From the NCBI RefSeq assembly GCF_009914755.1, contig NC_060932.1: a DNA stretch of 64,000 bases; one strand, 5' to 3'. Numbering within the stretch: the stretch's first letter is position 1; each line of letters starts with the position of its first letter. The notes below the pieces were generated by a model. The model saw nothing but the letters and a program-made list of their open reading frames with translations. It did no database searches and was not told the origin of the DNA. Of the stretch, positions 61,448 through 64,000 are shown in pieces. This DNA comes from the human T2T-CHM13v2.0 reference genome, Homo sapiens. The translations under genes and the position numbers were made by a program.

Positions 61448-62917
61448 GTACAGCACATGGCAGAGGAATGTTCAAGACTGGAGGTCTGCGGGGAACAGAC
61501 CATCTCCCGGCAGGTTCAACAGGGGATGCTGCATCAGGCCCAGAGGACAGGGTCTGAAGAGGCTGGAAGAAGGGGATGAAGAGGCTACATCCGGAGGCAG
61601 AGAGGATGGTGGTATGATGGGGATGGGGTGTGGCCACTTCAAATCCTCTGCCCCAACATTAGCAAGAGGGAGAAGCTCAGGACATCAGTCCAGGTTCTGG
61701 GAGAGCACCAGGGACACCTGCAGTCCAAATGAGGAAAGCGTCGCCCCCACTGGCCAGCTGTCACCACAGAGCCAAATGGGGAAATCAATCAGGATTATGA
61801 TTATGGGATACAGGTTGGGGATGCTCTAAAAAGAGCCCCCAGCGTTCACGACAGTTTTCCAGTCAATCTGAACACAGGTAGAGCAGCCAGTGAAAGGTTG
61901 CAGCTCTTCCCAAAAGGATGTGGGGTCAGATTCGGAGCCTGGTGCCACTGACAAGTCCTGCCTTGCCTTTGGGGACAGATCCAAGGCCCTAGGACAAGAG
62001 CCAGAGGCTGAAGAAACTTGGAAGAAACAGCTGCCCGGCCTCAGGAAGAGGGCCCTTCTTTCTTGGTGGGTTGTCTGGGAAGAAAGCTAATGTTTTTGAT
62101 TGTAGGCAAGCAGGGTACCAAAACTACATCCCTTGTCCCTTCCCTAGCACAAACAGAGAAACCTTGGAAAAGGAAGCCAGACACACAGCCAGTCTCCAAA
62201 GTGGGGCACACCATCTCCAAATGGATTACATGACCCATTGAGCAGCCTTCACCGTGGATTATTTAGGCACTGTTAAGAGTCAGGGCTCTATAAATTGGAT
62301 GTAAAATGCATGCGGGTTTCCTGTAGTTTATCAAGCTGGTAACTCCCTAAAACCAGAACACAGAGCAAGAATATGCCAAAGAGCTGAAGAAGGAGGAGAT
62401 GAAAACTTTCTAAAGTTAACGCTGGATTCAGAACCCAAGATTTAGCACCCTGCTCACCCAGCCCACGGGTATTTAGGGGAGGGCCCACTTGACCTTGGCC
62501 TCAAAGGCAGGAGATGTCGCCCCTGGTTATTTTTTATGGATTCATCATGCACAATTTACTTGTTTCCGCAGAGATTTATATTTTTAATCTGGACTGACTC
62601 TTGCGCTCTCTAAATTTACTACCTTGGAAACAACAGTACTTCCTTTTGTTTATTCTACACTGTACTTCTTTCAAGCCGTGAAGAGTGTTCCTGAACTGGG
62701 TGTTCTGGAAAAGCTCCCTCCGGCTATTCCCACTCATCAGTTTAGTAGGCTTTGGTCATATTTGCTTTGAGTTTCATCCATCCAGCCCACCTGTATTTAT
62801 TGAGCACTTACTATGTGCCCTGAATTGGGCATCTCTGCCTCCACTACACTCAATTTTTTGGTTCTTTTGATTGTTCTTCACTCTTTTCTTTCTTCACTTA
62901 CCCATCTAAATAATTTC

Positions 62918-63225
<308 letters not shown>

Positions 63226-63359
63226 TAGCTTCACTGACCTGCAAAAATTAAATAAGCATATCACCATTTTCTTTTCACAAAAGAGGGAACCAAGGTGCAG
63301 AGATATTTCATTCTCAAGAACTACTGCAAGGCTGCAGTCTCATCTGAAGGAGATGAGTG

Positions 63360-63560
63360 TTGAAGTTTGCAGACTTGGGTTCAAATTCTGGCTCTACTGC
63401 TTACCAGCCAGGTGACCTTGGGTATGTTGAGGAACTGCCCTGAGCCTTAATCTCCTCATCTGTAGAATGGACGTCATATCACTTCTCTCAAAAGATTCTG
63501 AAGAATTAAATAAGAAAAAAAAAAAAAAGAATTAAATAAGAAAACACTTGCATGTGACAT
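63360..63560 (+). mobile_element. MIR SINE
   Basis: cagacttgggttcaaattctggctctactgcttaccagc..gtgaccttggg..ctcctcatctgtagaatgg. Confidence 0.78.
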
Positions 63561-64000
63561 AGGAGCAGTTCTTCATATGAATCCAGGCCACTTGTTTGCA
63601 GAAACATGGCCCTTCCACTACAAGAAGGCATAAGACTACAGAGGCAGGACAGGGACAGGAAGGCAAGAGTTAGATTCATTGATTTCCTGACATCCTGCAC
63701 ATTATGAGAAGGAAACAAAATTAACCAAATGCCAAGCACAGCTTTCCCCTAAAGTGGGAGTGTCAGCATCCTCTCTCTCCCTGGCCAACATCTTCCTTCA
63801 GAGGGATGTCATGCAGAGAACAAGGAACCAGAGTCACGAACGGGCCGGGCCCTTGTTTCAAGTCATAAGTTAATGCCACCTTTGGCTGGTTGCCATTTTG
63901 TGAAATTGTAGGAAGATGTGTCAGTCTTTCAGTGTTTGATCGCTCTCTAACCTAAGAAAGAATTTCCCTCTAGACCTGGACATGAATGTGAAGGCTGGGG

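Overview
Primate (human-like) non-coding genomic DNA, intergenic or intronic and dominated by transposable elements. It holds about 40 Alu/FLAM copies, a full-length but decayed L1 (L1PA10/11-like, 48973-55845), a full-length decayed Tigger1 (5971-9068), solo LTRs (MER4E, two MER41A, MER21, THE1C, MST, MLT1, LTR16/LTR33-like), a rearranged ERVL remnant, non-autonomous DNA transposons (MER33, MER63, MER58A/B, MER82, MER30, MADE1), MIR/L2 relics and microsatellites. I found no host protein-coding exon, tRNA, rRNA or CRISPR array. The ORFs I could assign to a family derive from Alu, L1, Tigger, ERVL or simple repeats, and the rest are short with no recognisable domain. I do not see convincing evidence of a new biological system. 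The best leads are an old inversion/deletion recorded by split ERVL/Alu/MST pieces (~22-23.5 kb), an Alu with a ~75-bp target-site duplication (15.4-15.9 kb), a non-repeat CpG-rich cluster of four hairpins with PAX-like motifs (12.2-12.5 kb), and a tailless Alu fragment flanked by a 15-bp duplication (58.9 kb). Subfamily names come from recalled consensus sequences, and boundaries are approximate unless fixed by a TSD.
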